Positions 48,301-62,683 of a stretch of 64,000 bases of DNA are shown piece after piece. Origin of the DNA: Lepidodermella squamata (Eukaryota; Animalia; Gastrotricha). The DNA is taken from contig JBLDXI010000025.1 in assembly GCA_047495785.1 (NCBI GenBank), positions 1,178,001 to 1,242,000 of the forward strand, written 5' to 3'. Each line of letters starts with the position of its first letter. Within the stretch, counting starts at the first letter, position 1. Below the pieces are notes generated by a model that was not told where the DNA came from, ran no database searches, and worked only from the letters and a program-made list of their open reading frames with translations. Position numbers and translations under genes: made by a program.

Positions 48301-51300
48301 CTTGTGAAACGTTAAGACAGAGCCAAGCTACTTCAATTTCAAAAGCTGAGCACGATAGCTAAAAATAGGATTTCTTTACTGGGTTCGCCTATTGATGATT
48401 TAAATGACCTTCCCCTTATTATTTGAATTGCGGTCATTCTTCTTAAGCGGTGTGTTACAAAAGTCGTTGTTATTTTTATTGTTATTGACCGAATTTTAGC
48501 ATATTTCGGAAAGCTGTTCCTCAAATTTCAGACTCATTATATTTGGCCAATTATCTTTTCTATATATTTTGAACAAATTCTCGTTTACGATAAATTTTAG
48601 TTTAGTAAGTCACAAATCTTATCTTTCTATCTAGGTATGATTCGTTCAATTTTTCCCAAAAAAATTATCGAAATTTAATTATCGAAAATATTTATTTACT
48701 TGAAGTGGCCGCTGTAATAGATTAGGGTGGCCATTTACTCAGATTTTTTCGAATAGGTATTTCCAGTGCACACTTTCTCATTATTCGAACTTCCGTGAAA
48801 TTTCCACGCGAGAAATATTGCTCAATAAATTGGAACGAAAACTAGTTTTCCTCATGCTGAAGAGGAAAAAACGTCTGGAGTGGACGGCTGAAAACACCCT
48901 TGTAATAGGCGCCTTGTTTTGCAATCGATAATCGCCTATGTTTAGCCGGCAAATTCTAGATTTGTGTATATTTGTTCTGGTTTGATAATTGGCTGATTAT
49001 ATATATTTTCGGCAATAACAAAAATTTGATCTTTGCCGACAATAAACACCTTGAAATAGCATTCAAGTGCACTTTTATTTCCCGCGACGGGCAAAAAAAT
49101 ATGAAAGTTTTCAATTAGCAGCGCGGCTTTGTTGTTATTTTTCTTCTTTCGAGCGATGACGACGATGATGATGAGCAATATTTTCCTATTATATTAGGCC
49201 GAGATTTGATTTTGATGCGCCCCGCCTGTTGTGATATATACGGCCATAATACCACCACTAGCTGTGATGATAGCTGGCCAGTGGTCTTCGGCTAACGGCG
49301 AAAATCGAAAAATCTCCGCATTTTATTATTCGCAGGCCTAAATATATATATCGCGTTTCGCCCGGCTAGCTGGGCGTAATTGGCGCGTGGCGCCGATCGG
49401 TCGGCCATTTCGCGCGTCTGTATCGCTTCATTATTATCTACTCTATATTGTAATAAAAATATGGCCCGCGATTGAAATCTAGACGCGCATCGCAGATTTA
49501 CTTACCTTATGGTTATTAGCGTTATATTCAATAATAATAATAATAATAATAAATCTTGTGTGTGTGTGTATGTTCAGCGTTCAGTGTTTACTGCGCCCCA
49601 CTTTTTATTATACGAAAGAGATCTGTTTTATAATTTTCGCTGTATTATATATCCACTTGATTAAGATATAGTCGCGGATTTTTTCCTGTGTTTGTGCGGT
49701 TTTGCAGGCTAACAAAAGCGTGCCGTCGCGTGAATCTTGTGTTCCGGCTTTGTTTCGCGTAATAATTACCTACATGCCGCCTCTTCTTCTTCTTCTTCAT
49801 GAGACACGCCATTGTCTTGCGATGACAATAATATATATTAGTAATTATTATTATTATAACACGTGTAACGCGCGCGCAAACAATTGTTAAGGTGGACGAT
49901 TTTTATTATATAGGTATAACGCCGACACGCTTTACGACGTTAGGCGGTGTGGTTTGCGTGTTGCCAAAATCGAGGACGCGAACATAGTATTTCTGGGGTC
50001 AGTTGTAACATCACCAGCGCTAGGCAAATACTATAACTGTATAGCATTTGGGTGGGTGGGTGCGTATATGTAGGTGGCGAATGTACAAATTAGTTCCTGG
50101 CTTGCTGGCTACTCGGCGGCGCGTGTGACAGTCGCGAAAATGGCGGCAATGACCGGACGCGGCTGTCAATGGCTTTTAGCAGGTGTAGGTTAGGAGGCCT
50201 AGAGTATGGGCTCGAAATCGCTGCTCTTTGTAGTGATGCGCGTTTTAGTTGTTCGTATATGCTATATCGAATTGATTTTGTAGTTGTTTGACGGCCGTGG
50301 CATTCCTTCCCTAAAACGATTGTGTTTCAGTTGCGTGGGTGCGCCGCATTCTTCTTCCGCTCCTCCCGTATATCGCTGTAATTGCCGCCGACTGCTGCCG
50401 CTTGTATTTGAACATTCCTATCTCGTGCGCTGTCCTTTTAAATTTTTCTGTCTGATATCGCCAGTTTTACGCGGATTATTACTCATTTATTACTATTTTA
50501 TTCGGAATGTATAAGAAGATTATAGCTGCATAAATTTAGGATTTTATATAAATTATCAAATTAATATTTCTAGATCTATTTTTTCAAAAATGTAGTGCTC
50601 ACCATTTGACTGAAATTATTCATGAATTTTTTCTTGAATAATTAAATCTGATTATGCTTAGATTCGATTTGTTTGGTTTCTTCTTGGTAGCTGATTATTT
50701 TTCATATCTTGCTTCTTTCAATATATTGGGATAAATCTTGAAAAAAATTCCTATCCACAACTCTTTTCTTATTTTTCTGTCGCAGATTTTTCTTGTTAAT
50801 TGGAAAATTTTAAATAATTTTAGCTCTGGATTTATAAAAAAAATCGAAAGCATCATATAATTTATTTGCAGTTCTTTCACACCTTTCTACTCCGTAAAAA
50901 TGAGCTCGTTGCGAAATATTTCGGTACTTTTGCCCTAAACTATGAAGATGCTCTTGATAACGATCTTCAAATAATAATAATAAGCTTATCATGATGAACT
51001 GACGATGTATGAATCCAGTTCTCGCGCATTCGTTATACCGCGTAAAAAACGAGTTGCGATTAGTTCAAATTTCACGCACAAGTATAGTGGAGGAGATGCG
51101 ATATGTAAGTAGTAGGATGGAGGAGACGGAGACGAACTCGCACGCTCGCGCTTATTTATTTGTTTATTACGGCGTGGTGGTCGCACACGCGCGTGGTTTT
51201 TATTAGAATATTTATCGCCGCATCGGTTTATTTCACCTCTACCTTTTTTATTACTACTACTGGTCACTGTAGCGAGGCGATGCGTAAAAACAACAAAAAT

Positions 51301-54300
51301 GAGAGCACTGTATTACTCGCGGCCTTAATTTTTTCGGCTTTTTTGACGCGCAATTTTTCATTCGTTTATTTAATTGAAAAAGTGAAATAGCGCACAGGTG
51401 GTGTAGTGTGTTGCGTATTTTTAGGTACCCCGCGCAGTCGACTTGTTTATTTATAGTGCCCCCTACGCTCGCAAAGCGCTTTTTTTCGCAGATAGCGCTC
51501 GCTACATGACTCGCTCATTCTATTTATTTATTTATTTATCTGACCGGTAATATATTATTATTATTGTGTTGCTAGCCGAATTTTTGTCGGTAAATGATGC
51601 AGCAGTCAACATTTTTTTCCGCGTTGTTTATGCCGCTCGTGTGTTGAGATGTAGATAATTTTTATCACTGCTGCTATTGTTGTTGCCGATGACGACAATT
51701 AAGTCTTTCATTGGCTTGTCAGTTTTTCGCCACTGACTTTTTGCTCACGGAGATTAGCTGCAGCAACCAGTCGCGCGCGGCCGCACGTGTTGACAAATTA
51801 CCCGTCGCACCAGCTTGGTCTCTTTGCGCTACTTACCACTGGTCAAGAGGCTATACCTGTAGACGAGGCACCCACTTGAGCGCCCAGACACCCTTTGGCG
51901 GCGGCGCGCTCTTAGCAAACCCCCCAGGGTTTTCGCCACGGATTTGTCGACTAGGCCCAATTTTGGCGAGACGCACAATTTCCCCTTCCACTCCCTTCGC
52001 ACCAAGCAATTCTCTCTTCAATTGCGATTTTTACTCAATAAACTAGGTCTCTCTTTGGCGAATCTTCGTATTTTCATTAATACGAAAGATTCCAGACTGG
52101 TCGAATTATTATTATTTTTCAAGAAATTACATTATAGGGTCTTAACTCTCAGCCGGGCCAAATTGTGAATAGTTAGCCCAATAATTTTTATTTTTATTTA
52201 TTTTAAAAATCCAAATAAATCGCTATTAAATTCTGTGGTATTTTCAGTATAAGGTCTCATCATCACTCTGAGACAGGACTATTTTCGTTTGGTTCCAACG
52301 AAATTCGATTATTTTATTATTTTTATTATATTTTCTAATTATGGCAAACTTTTACTCTTTTCTTTGACATTTTCACTCAATATACGCCGGATTTTGTTTA
52401 TTAAAATCTTGGCACCTTAAGGCGATGGCCAGCTATCACCCGTATAATTAAAATTGATTGATTATCCACCGGCGCGTAATAATACTTTGTCATAACTTCC
52501 TATGTCATATTTTCGCCTGCAATATACTTATGCAAAAATGTAGCGCTGTGGCGTTGTTTGTCATCAGCGCGCGCGCGGGCTGTTTAAAAATGCAGAAAAT
52601 TTGGCTGGCACATATACAGAGTTGTTTACCCGTCGATATACTCGCGAATATATAAGGCTAAATGTGAACACCTTGTTTGCGAAAAACTTTCTTATATTAA
52701 ATTCCGGAAGCGTGACTCGTTTTGACTTTAAAGGGCTATACATCACTCTAACGATTTTGTTTTGTTATATAGGCTTTTCTGAATCAGCACTCGCTTACTG
52801 CTAGTCGAGCGAATACTTCTACGAAAGAGACAAATTCGAATGAATCATCAAGTCACGGCTGGGGGCCGTTTTCTGGGCTGAAAATCCGCCGAGCGAAATC
52901 TCAGGCTAAATTACAAGGCCCATCGAACAATAACAGCAACAACAATTCGTCGATTCACTGTATAAGTTCGTCGATCGCCAGTTTTCAACCGCAGCAATCG
53001 ACCCCGGACCGCTGGCGACCGCAGCCGAGTTTGACGAATAACAGTTCGTTCAACGAGCCCGGCAACTCGAGACCGGCTTCTTCGCTATTCGGCTCGCAGC
53101 TCACGATGACGACCATTGATTTGAACGACCCCGACAGCGTGCACGTGCGCCCTGTCCACCCGACGCTTGTCAATGGCCATTGTTTTCAGGTAAAGAGTAA
53201 TTAATTTTTAATTTATGCCCACAAATCCGGACGTCGTAATCAATGTGAAAAGCTTCGGATTGTTTATTTCCGCTAAATATTTATTGATTGTTGTAGCAAA
53301 ATTTAAATAGTCAGAATTTTGGCTTTTTTCAATTAAAAAGCTAATTTTTTCTGTTCTATTCAAATTTAAAGTTGAATTTTTTGCGCATTATCAGAGTTAT
53401 AAAACCTGATGAATTTCACGTAGTAGCGTGATAACACTCAATTACTATTTCTCACAGTATTATTTTTTTATACATTACGCAGTAGGTTTAGGTAGAAAAA
53501 AATCGTCAAAAACTGTCCGTTCATTTTTGAATTTATTTTTACCCATTAGTTGGTGCATTTAGCAAATTTTTTTATTTCTTAAATATATTCCTGTGACTAG
53601 TCGGTTCATAATCGGCTCTTTAATGGTTCGTTATTCAAAGCTGGATTGTTTTTATATTTCTAAATTGAATATTAATAGAGCGAATCGAGCTCTGTGTAGG
53701 GGGTGTATTTATGAAGCTCAAAATTCATTTTATATTACCTCGGCTACTGTATATGATGAAGCAAAATTGCTTTTTACAGGATACTTTTGTAATATATTTA
53801 AGAAATTTCCGACTTTATTAAATTGGAATTCTTCCATATCTCGTTTTTAAGCTGGATTTTATTGGATTTTGTTTTACTAATTTTTGGCTATTTTTGTTAT
53901 TTTAGATAAATTCGACCAACAGCCCTCAAACTCATTTTTACGCGTGCAAATCTCCGGCTGAAGGTCGCGCCTGGCTGTGGGAATTGTCCAACTACAGCCT
54001 CGCCTCAATGCCCTACAACACGCCATCGCCCGGGCCCGCTTCGTGCACAACCTCAATGATGGCCAGCTCAAATAATTCAAACAACTTCAACAATAACAAC
54101 AACAGCAACCAAATGCGAAATAGCGATTCGTCCTCGACGATGCTTAAAAATTCGCAAGTGCTAAATCAGTCGCAGATTCGGTCGTTTCCCGTTGGATTGG
54201 GCCGGACTCGAATGGTGAATACGTTGAAGCTGAGTGTATTAGAAGCCGTTAATCTACCCCAGAAATATAAATATTACTGCGATATTTACATTGACGAAAT

Positions 54301-57300
54301 GCTGTATGCAAGGACAACTTCAAAACATCGACACGAACTGCTGTTTTGGGGCGAAAATTTCGAGTTCGCCCAACTGCCAGCTGTTCAATACGTCCAGCTC
54401 AAATTGTACCGCGAAGCAGCGGCTACGTCGAAAAAAGCTCAGAAAAATTCGTTACTAGGCTCCGTTCAAGTGCCAATCAGCGACATTTCCGGGCGCCAGC
54501 TCATCGATCGGTGGTACCCGATTTCGGTCGAGTCGAAAATTCGCCGGCGAATTTTTGGCCAGCGCAATTCAACCGTGGTAAATGTGCGAATTCGCGGCCG
54601 GTACCAATCGACCCTGGTTTTGCCTCAACCGAATTACCGCGATTTAATCAATTTTGCGACGTACAACTACGCGTGGATGGTTGAAAGCCTTGAACCGGCT
54701 ATTCCGTTGCGGTTGAAGGAGGAATTGGCTAGTTGTCTTATTCACATTTTGCAATCGCGCGGCTGTGTTGTTGATTTTCTGGTCTCTGCCGCGCTCGCCG
54801 AGGTGCAGCGTTCGTCGAGTGAGAACGAGGCGCTGGCTTTCCGCGGCAATTCGATCGCTTCAAAGGCGTTCGAGGCCTATATGAAGCTGGTTGGGGAGCG
54901 GTATCTCTACGATTTGCTATCCGGCTTCGTTCAGGCTGTTGTTCGATCTCAAGACGACTGCGAAGGTAATTTGAGAATTCGAAAAATCAAATTTAATTAT
55001 TTCTAGGCGGTTTTTCAAATTTTTAATTTCATCTCAGTTGGCTTAAAATCGTAAATACTGATATTTATCGACTTGATTTTTTTGCGATATTTGAACACCT
55101 TGGATAGTTCGCTTCTACGACATTCAACGGGATTCAATCGGCTATTTTTCGGATTTTATCTTAGTTACGGGATTTTTTTTATTTTGAGATGATAGAATTA
55201 CCATTCCTGTGGTATTTTTGACGAGCTTTAAAATGACCTTTTTATTTTTCTATTTATTGCGTTTATTCATATTTTCGTCTCGTTGTCGAATTTCTGGAAT
55301 TTTTCAATTTTCTTTATATATTTTTCTTTCATGTTTGATTCATGCTGACTTTTTTAATATTTTTAAATTAAACGTTCCCTTTTCCGATTTTTAGTCGACC
55401 CCGCGAAATTGGCGGCCAGTAATGCTGACACGAACAACAATCAAAACGGCCAATCTGCGCGCAACCTCGACCGCAACCGCTTCAACCTCGTCTCTTACTG
55501 CGAAATGGTGTGGCGTAAAGTGCTACAATCGGCGCAGTGGTTCCCGCCCGAGCTGCGCGCCGTCTTCGCCGAACTGCGGCACCACCTCAGCAACAAGCCG
55601 GCGCTGTGCGACAACATCATCTCGGCCTGCGTGTTCCTGCGCTTCCTCTGCCCGGCCATCCTCTCGCCGAGCTTGTTCGGCCTGTGCCAAGAATACCCGG
55701 AAGAACGCGCCTCGCGCACGTTCACCCTAGTCGCGAAAACTATTCAAAGCCTGGCGAATTTCGCGAGGTTCGGCACGAAGGAGGACTACATGTCCTTCAT
55801 GAACCAATTTGTCGAACGTGAGGCTGGCAATGTCCGCCAGTTTCTCGTTCAAATCTCAACAATTCCGCCGAACAACCAGCAGCAGAGTGATGCGAATTCG
55901 AATTTTATCGACACAGCCTATCACAGCTCGTTGCTGCATGACGTGCTGTGTGAATGCATTGCGTTTCTGCCGAAATTGACGACGATTCGCGGCGATCGGC
56001 ACGACTCGCCGCGCTCGGATGAAAATGATATAACGCGGCATTTTGAACTGCAGGCGATTTTGGACAGGCTGACGGAGGATCTCGGCTCGGCGAGTGTCAT
56101 TGGCGGCGGCGCGGTGACGTCGTCGCTGAATTACGCCGCCACTGTGCAGACGCTGCCGGCGAGTGGCCGGCCGCACATCCCCAGCATTGTTGCTTATGAT
56201 AATCTTGTGGTGATGCAGCCGAATTCGCAGCAGCAGCAGAACTCGAATGCGTTCAATACGTTTCCGCACAAGCCGACGCAGCAACAATTGAATCAACAGG
56301 TGGCGCCGCAATTCGTTCAACCGGCGACGGTTCTACGGCAAGTCGTCAAGCCAACGGTAATTTTTTTATAATTTTTCGGCGTTTTTTCAAAATTTCAAAA
56401 TATTTTTTAATTATTTTAATTGAGGTAAATGTTGGCTCGTTTTCCTATTTAGCAATGTATGCGATAGTGTAAGGTGAAAATTAGGTGGCTGGTAATTTTT
56501 TCTGTGCATGAATTATTGCTGCAATTGCAAATTTTGAAAAAATTTGAAAAATATTTTTTATTCGATTTAAAAAGCTGAAATTCTAAAAAATTTCGAATTT
56601 GTTTGGAAATCTTAAAAAATCTGCTTTGCAAGTTGAATTTTGAAATTGGGCTCTTTCCGCTTTTTCTATTTCAAATCCGCTCATTTTTCCATTAGAAGGC
56701 AATTTTTGAATTTTTATACAATCAAAATTCGAATTCTTTAAGTTATAAATCCAAGATTTGAGATTTGAGATAACTTGGAAATTTTGAAAAGAATTACTTA
56801 TCAATAAAATATTTACCGCGGCTCAGATTTCAGGTCATAAAATTGAGTGTATGACTGAATTTCTAGCCAAAATCTGTCGCAGTGATCAGGATAATAGTCG
56901 AATTGATGCCGCTTAGCTTGGCGAATTTCCGCAATAGCATGCGGCTTTATCAATTTCTGAATTTTCCTATTAACTTTTAATTATTTTTTCAATTTCAAGG
57001 TGACTACAACTGCGGACGGCGTAACAGTTTCGGTCGTTACAACTGGCCAACAACAACAACAGCAACAGCAACAACAGAAGCCGTACCAACAACCCGGCTC
57101 GTCTTGCACCCTCTCGCCGTCGATCTACCGCCGCCACAGCCAGGCGACGCGGCAGGTCGAGCGGAAACCGTGGCAGAACGTTGTGCCGCAGAACCAACAG
57201 CGAACAGCCGCCGCAGCTAACCAGCCGAAAACCTCGTCGAAAACCTCGCCAGAGCGAGAACTCGAGAAATCGTGGAACCAACTGATCGCCGCCGCTGAGA

Positions 57301-58157
57301 TGTTGAGCGTCGACTCGCCGCCGAAGAACAATAATTCGATAGGCAGTAGTCTGACCAACCCGAGACCGGGGCATAAACAGCCGAAAATGGGCGTCTCCCT
57401 CCTGTCGGACCAACACCACTCGCCGACTACTCGATTTTCAACCCTCACATCCGGCTACCAATCGTCATCGCTGTCGAGCTCGAACAGCAACAGCCCGACG
57501 CAGACGGGCGATCGCAAGAAATCAACGGCCGACGAGACAGTTCCGGACTATTCGATCATTTCCGCGCATGAATTGGTCGCGAAATCGATGATTCAGAACG
57601 CGGCGCTGGATGACTCATCACAGAATTTAGATGACGTGTTCCACCGATCGGCGGCGGCAGGGGCAGGGAAATCGAGCAATCACCACTCGCCGTTGATTGA
57701 CTCGCTGGAAATGAGCCGGCTCATCGGCAATTGCATCGGCGAGGGCAATAATTTGTTGATGGTCCCGCCCGCGAATCGCTGCTCATCGAGCGGCGGCTCG
57801 TCGTCGAGTTACGAAGAGGCCGGCGATCAGCTATCAATGGCGAATCGATTCTCCAGCACCGGCTCTGACGTCACGTCAGTCCTCGATAATTTAGTCCATT
57901 TAGAACAGGAATTGAAGCAGGAACATGCCGCCCTCATAAAATCAAGTGCAGATAGGCAGTGGCTACTCGAAAACGGCCAGAGATGTGTTGGGTCGTTGCT
58001 AGAGGCGCTGACGAAGCTGCGCAAACACTGCGAGCAGATTTCTAGCATAGAGACCACCTCTTCACCACCCCCGCCCCAAACCCAACGCCCGTCGCAATTG
58101 TCGCTGAATACGCCGCCGCCAAGCGCGTTGCCGCAGCGCAAAGAGTCGCACCTTTGA
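39379..58157 (+). CDS. SynGAP/DAB2IP/RASAL2-family Ras GAP (PH-C2-RasGAP-coiled coil); exons 39379-39544, 41929-42062, 43063-43474, 45218-45528, 52773-53189, 53906-54965, 55395-56356, 57000-58157
   Basis: KIRRAKSQAKL, RPVHPTLVNGHCFQ (PH), LKLSVLEAVNLP...YARTTSK...FWGENFEF (C2), AFRGNSIASKAFEAYMKLVG (arginine finger), CEVDP and FLRFLCPAILSPSLF. All exon phases join in frame. The first four exons are less certain. Confidence 0.88.
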
Positions 58158-59554
58158 CGCTTTTTTTCTTTCACGCCACAAGATCTTTAAATTGTTGACC
58201 ACATCATGTGTCTAATCGCCCTGACCTATAATTAACCAATTTTTATTAATATTTATATAACAGCGGTGATTTTAATTGTTTTTACTATCGCAGCTGTTTC
58301 GGAAATTTCTGCAATTTTTTTTCCGTCTTCTTTTACCTACCTACCTATCTCATATTGCTTCTCATATATATCGAAACTGCGTGCTTATTATTGATTATGC
58401 AGAAGATGATGATACCTACCTTTTATGTGTGCTTCGTTTTTTATATGTGTAACATAATCGTCCGACTTGCTTGATTGTTATGGTGTTGCTTGTGTTGCGA
58501 AAAACTACGGGAGATGATGATGATGGTTTAATCGATGGTGGAAATTACGTTTTACGTTTTCGGTTCGATTTTTTTGTATCAGAAAATGCGTTGCTATATT
58601 ATAAAATCGTCAACTCTTGAAGCGGCTTTTTCTATTAATAATAATAAATGAAAGGAACATTTTTTTACTCGACGACTTTTGAGAACTTTTATTGGGTTTT
58701 GTCACAGGAGGGTATGGAGCTGAGAAAATCGGAATCATCAGAATCAAAATGACCTGTTGGTACCTTGATTTATGGCACATTTGAAAAATTCAGGTGATTT
58801 TTCAATTGGAGGAAGAACGAAAAGCCGGAAAAGTTCGGGTGAATATTTCTCAAATCTTCTTATGAATCATCAGAAGCCAAACAAAACCGTTTACTACAAA
58901 ATTTCTGCTGCCGCTGATGCCAATTTTGATGTGTTCAGAATTCAGAATTAGGCTAGAAGTACCTCATTCGGGAATTTGGAACCTCAAGATAATCGCTTAC
59001 CTGGCAAAAATAGCTGCTTAGTTGGTGGCATCGTGTGATCATTTGAGCGTTCTAATTTTTTTTCTCCGATCAAATTGCATGTAATTTTTTTCTGAAACGC
59101 TCAAATGATCACACGATGGGGATAGGCAAAGGGCAAACAATGGGGCAAGTGGATCACTCGTTTTGCTACCTTTGATTCTTTCTAGTAAATGCACAGCCCC
59201 ACGTCTGTATCTAGAGTCGAATTCTCCTGATAGTAACATTTGGTTATCAACGAGAATCAATGGGAAATTTAAGCTTTTCGCCAACTTCATTCCGCCAACA
59301 TAGCATGCGTATGTGCCTTAGCGAAAATTGAACTTGGATGATTCGGAACCTTTTCTAAGCTCTTGCGTTCGGATTTCACGGCACTTTAATTAGCCTGACT
59401 GTAATGTAGTGTTTACTCGTATTGGGCTATAACATTTTTGATTGCATAGCATAAGCAAAATCAAGGCTTCATGAAGGGTTAGAATAAAAATGTGTCATAA
59501 ATAGTGTCAACAAACTTGTAAGAAAGCTTAGAATCTAGGCAATCAGCAATCAGT

Positions 59555-62500
59555 TCATTTAGATTGCACATCGCTCTTGAATTTCACTGACGGCGTTCTC
59601 GGAACGCGCTCATTCTGACTACTGGCGCCTGGAACAGTCAACAATGTGCTGTTCAGACCCTGCTGGCGACGCTGAGCTGCCCTGACGTAGTCGACAGAAG
59701 GATGCGGGCTCTTCAGACTCGCAACAATCATCTTCTCGAACTTTTCTGGCCTCAGAAGCCACGTGCTCTTCGTAAGAAGCTCTTTCCGCTCCAAACGTAG
59801 CAGACTGCGACTGACAGGCTGCGCCGGCTGCTGCTGCTTCTGCATCCTGGCTTTGATTTCAGATACATGGGGCCTGATATGTCGCAAGCGAGGGTCGTTG
59901 TAAGTTGACAACCAAACAGCTTGCGCAATAGCTGTCACCAATGGTCTGTTTGGAGATGCAAAAAATACTAAGAAAACAGCTGACAGATGAATAATGATCA
60001 TACTTGTATTTCGCGACCCATCGCAGTCTCAATTTTTGATCTGTACCGATATAGCTGCGGCGAACTATTCGGTAGTTGGTGGCAAACGTTCTACGAGAGA
60101 AATTACGAATTTCACTTGGCTGAAAGCTGAAATTTAAAACTAACATGTAGCTAACAAAATTCGTCAGAGCGCATTCTGGGCACAGAGCGAGAGCACAATG
60201 CTTCAGCTCGTCCTCCGTTAGCGGAATCTGTTTCATGAAGCCGCGGATGAACTGCGGCAGCGTAACTCCTTGATCGCCTTTGGGGGCGCAGCTTCGGAAA
60301 ATATCGATGAGTCTGATATTTGAACAATGCTTCTGCAGCTCGTCCGAAAACCGATGGACGACAATGAAGTCAAGCCCTTTCTGCGGAACCTCGAAAAACG
60401 CTGTAAAATGATAGAATGAAGCCATTTTTAAGCAAAGCGAGAGATTTTATTGCTTGAGGTCAGGTATTAAGCCATGCAAAGCTTTGGAAACGTTTCAAAC
60501 TCACAGTGCCCTTCACTCTCGATAGTAGGACCTAAGTAAATAGAATTACAACAAATTTCATGATGGAGCTGGTGCCGTTGGAGCTACGCTAGGTAGGATA
60601 TTCTGCTTAGCAGCGCTTTGAGTGCGACTTCCAGCACGGCTCTTCTTTCTCGGCGTGTAATTCTTGATCTGAGAAATGACCGGCAAGGGCCGGTGGTTTT
60701 TGAAAATCTCACCATGGGTGAAATCGAAATCCCGCATTAGCACTGCCGCGCCGTGTCCGAATCGCGACTGCAGTTGTTGCGTTGCCAGCAGGGCCTGTTG
60801 AGTCCCGGCTCGAATAGGCTCGTTCTGAATCCTGTGCCGGATAGTCTCAGCCATTTGGAGGATCTTAGGAGTTACCGGTGTACCCTTTTAACAAAGACGT
60901 AGGTAAAATCCAGAGAAAAGTGCATAGAAATCTTTACCGAAAAATCGAGAACTCTAAGCCCGGATTGTTTGTTGCGTAAGACCACCGTCATGATGGCCAT
61001 GATGCCCTCCGTCCCAATAGGATTGTCTTTCAGACACAGGCTGTGAAGGCCAACATTGCGGCTGATGCCTTCGGCCAGCATTTTGGCTGCCTCAGTTCGT
61101 AATCGGTTTCCACTGATATCCAGAGTTTTGATGCGGTTGTTGGATCGTAGCGCTTCGCCTAAAGCCAATGCCCCTTCGGAGGCCAGACCATTGTACGACA
61201 TGTCGATCATCCTGAGACTCCAATTTAGCTGAAATAATACACGTCATCAACAAGTTGGCTATTCATGAATTTAGCAACCCTTAAAGCTGAGCAGATTGCA
61301 GTCGCATTTTTGAGTCGAATTTTGCACCATCTAGAATTTTAAAAATGTACGGCGCAATATGAAAAATGACGACTGTTGACTATTCACCCTATATTGAGAA
61401 CTTTGACCTTACAGTCTGGTTGAACTGCAAATGTACAAATAGGTGACTCTTGGAAATTCTATAGCAGCCAATCTTACGTAGCCAGTCGATGAGAATTTGA
61501 GTCGACAGATTCTCGATCTCGTTCCCAGAAATATCCAACGCAGTGAGGTAATTGTTTGCCGCAATCACTTCGAACAGTTTCGCACAATCTGCGTCGACGA
61601 AGTGATTTCGCGAGAAATTTATATATTCCAGCGTGCGATTCTTCTCGAGGGCTTTAGCGATGGCCTGAACTGACCTGGGACCCAGAAAATTATTTCCAAT
61701 ATTCTGAAAAAAATTTAATATTAATTGTAACTTCAAAAACGAAAGTTGAATTACCAAATTTTTTATAGACTGGTTCCTCTCGATGATTCTAGCTATTAAT
61801 TCTCCAACATTGCTTTCCAAACCGAGACCACAATCCTCAAGTATCAAAGTAGTAATTTTGTCGTTTTTCTAAATGTTAAATTTCAGCTTCAAATAATCCA
61901 CGATATTCTACGCCTTACCTCCAATACCCCGATTAAAGGCCTCATACTTTCGTGGGAAGTACTGCAGTGACGGATGTCAACTACCGTAATTGCATCATGA
62001 GCCAATGCCTTCACCACGGCTCTTAAAACAGGCACTTTCATCTTGTTGCAAGCTCTAACATAAGCCTTGAGTAGAGCCAGTACGTCCTTGTCAGTTACAG
62101 TAATGTTGCCAGTGTACTTTTTGATCAGCGCCTCAACTTCCGCAGTACGACTTCGCCTCTTGTAAATGCTAGATTTCGCTAGCTTGATCTCTTCCTCCAT
62201 ATCTGTGCTGTCGTCGTCTTCGAAAGTTTCCTTTACTGGAGTCGTTGATTCTATTTCTTGCGGCTCTTCCTTCGCTTCCGGTTCCTTCTCTTCATGAGCT
62301 TCTTCATCACTGCTATCCCCGAGAACATTACGCTTCTGACGGGTCCTTTGAAGTAGCCGCATGAAAGGACCCCGGTATTGCAGCAGACGAGTGAAGCGGT
62401 CGAAGCGGGGCCGGAAGGGCCAGATATCCGAAATAGGCGCAAAGTTGGTTCGCTGCTCGGCGCAAGCATTTGTCTGCTGCTGCACCCACCATTCGTCGAC

Positions 62501-62587
62501 TTCCGGCTCCTGATCCTCCTCATCACCCTCCTTCTTCTCGCCATCATCTCCAAGAGGATCTTCGCCTAAAATATCGTCGGTAATCAT
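59555..62587 (-). CDS. LRRC74-like leucine-rich repeat protein (acidic N terminus, RI-type LRRs, EF-hand-like C-terminal region); multi-exon
   Basis: YVRACNKMKVP, NIGNNFLGPRSVQAIAKAL, LDISGNEI, IDMSYNGLASEGALALGEALRSN, LKDNPIGTEG, RLIDIFRS. Many introns of about 50 nt; the 3' exon junctions were not fully resolved. Confidence 0.68.
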
Positions 62588-62669
62588 ACTTTTTCGAAAT
62601 TATGCTGAAAACACATGCTACGGGCTACTGGGCAGTTTCGGGCTAGCTTTATTACCTGATGTGATTTAG

Positions 62670-62683
62670 GTCTCCATGGTTGC
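62670..62683. promoter_or_regulatory. Candidate RFX X-box upstream of the LRRC74-like gene
   Basis: GTCTCCATGGTTGC is one mismatch from the X-box variant GTCTCCATGGTTAC and lies about 83 bp from the ATG of a putative ciliary gene. Confidence 0.4.

Noticed and set aside
49528-49570. (AAT)n and (GT)n tracts
   Set aside because: Ordinary short microsatellites.
45600-52750. Many 60-110 aa ORFs in the RasGAP intron
   Set aside because: Low-complexity, F/I/L-rich translations with non-ATG starts and no splice-consistent structure.
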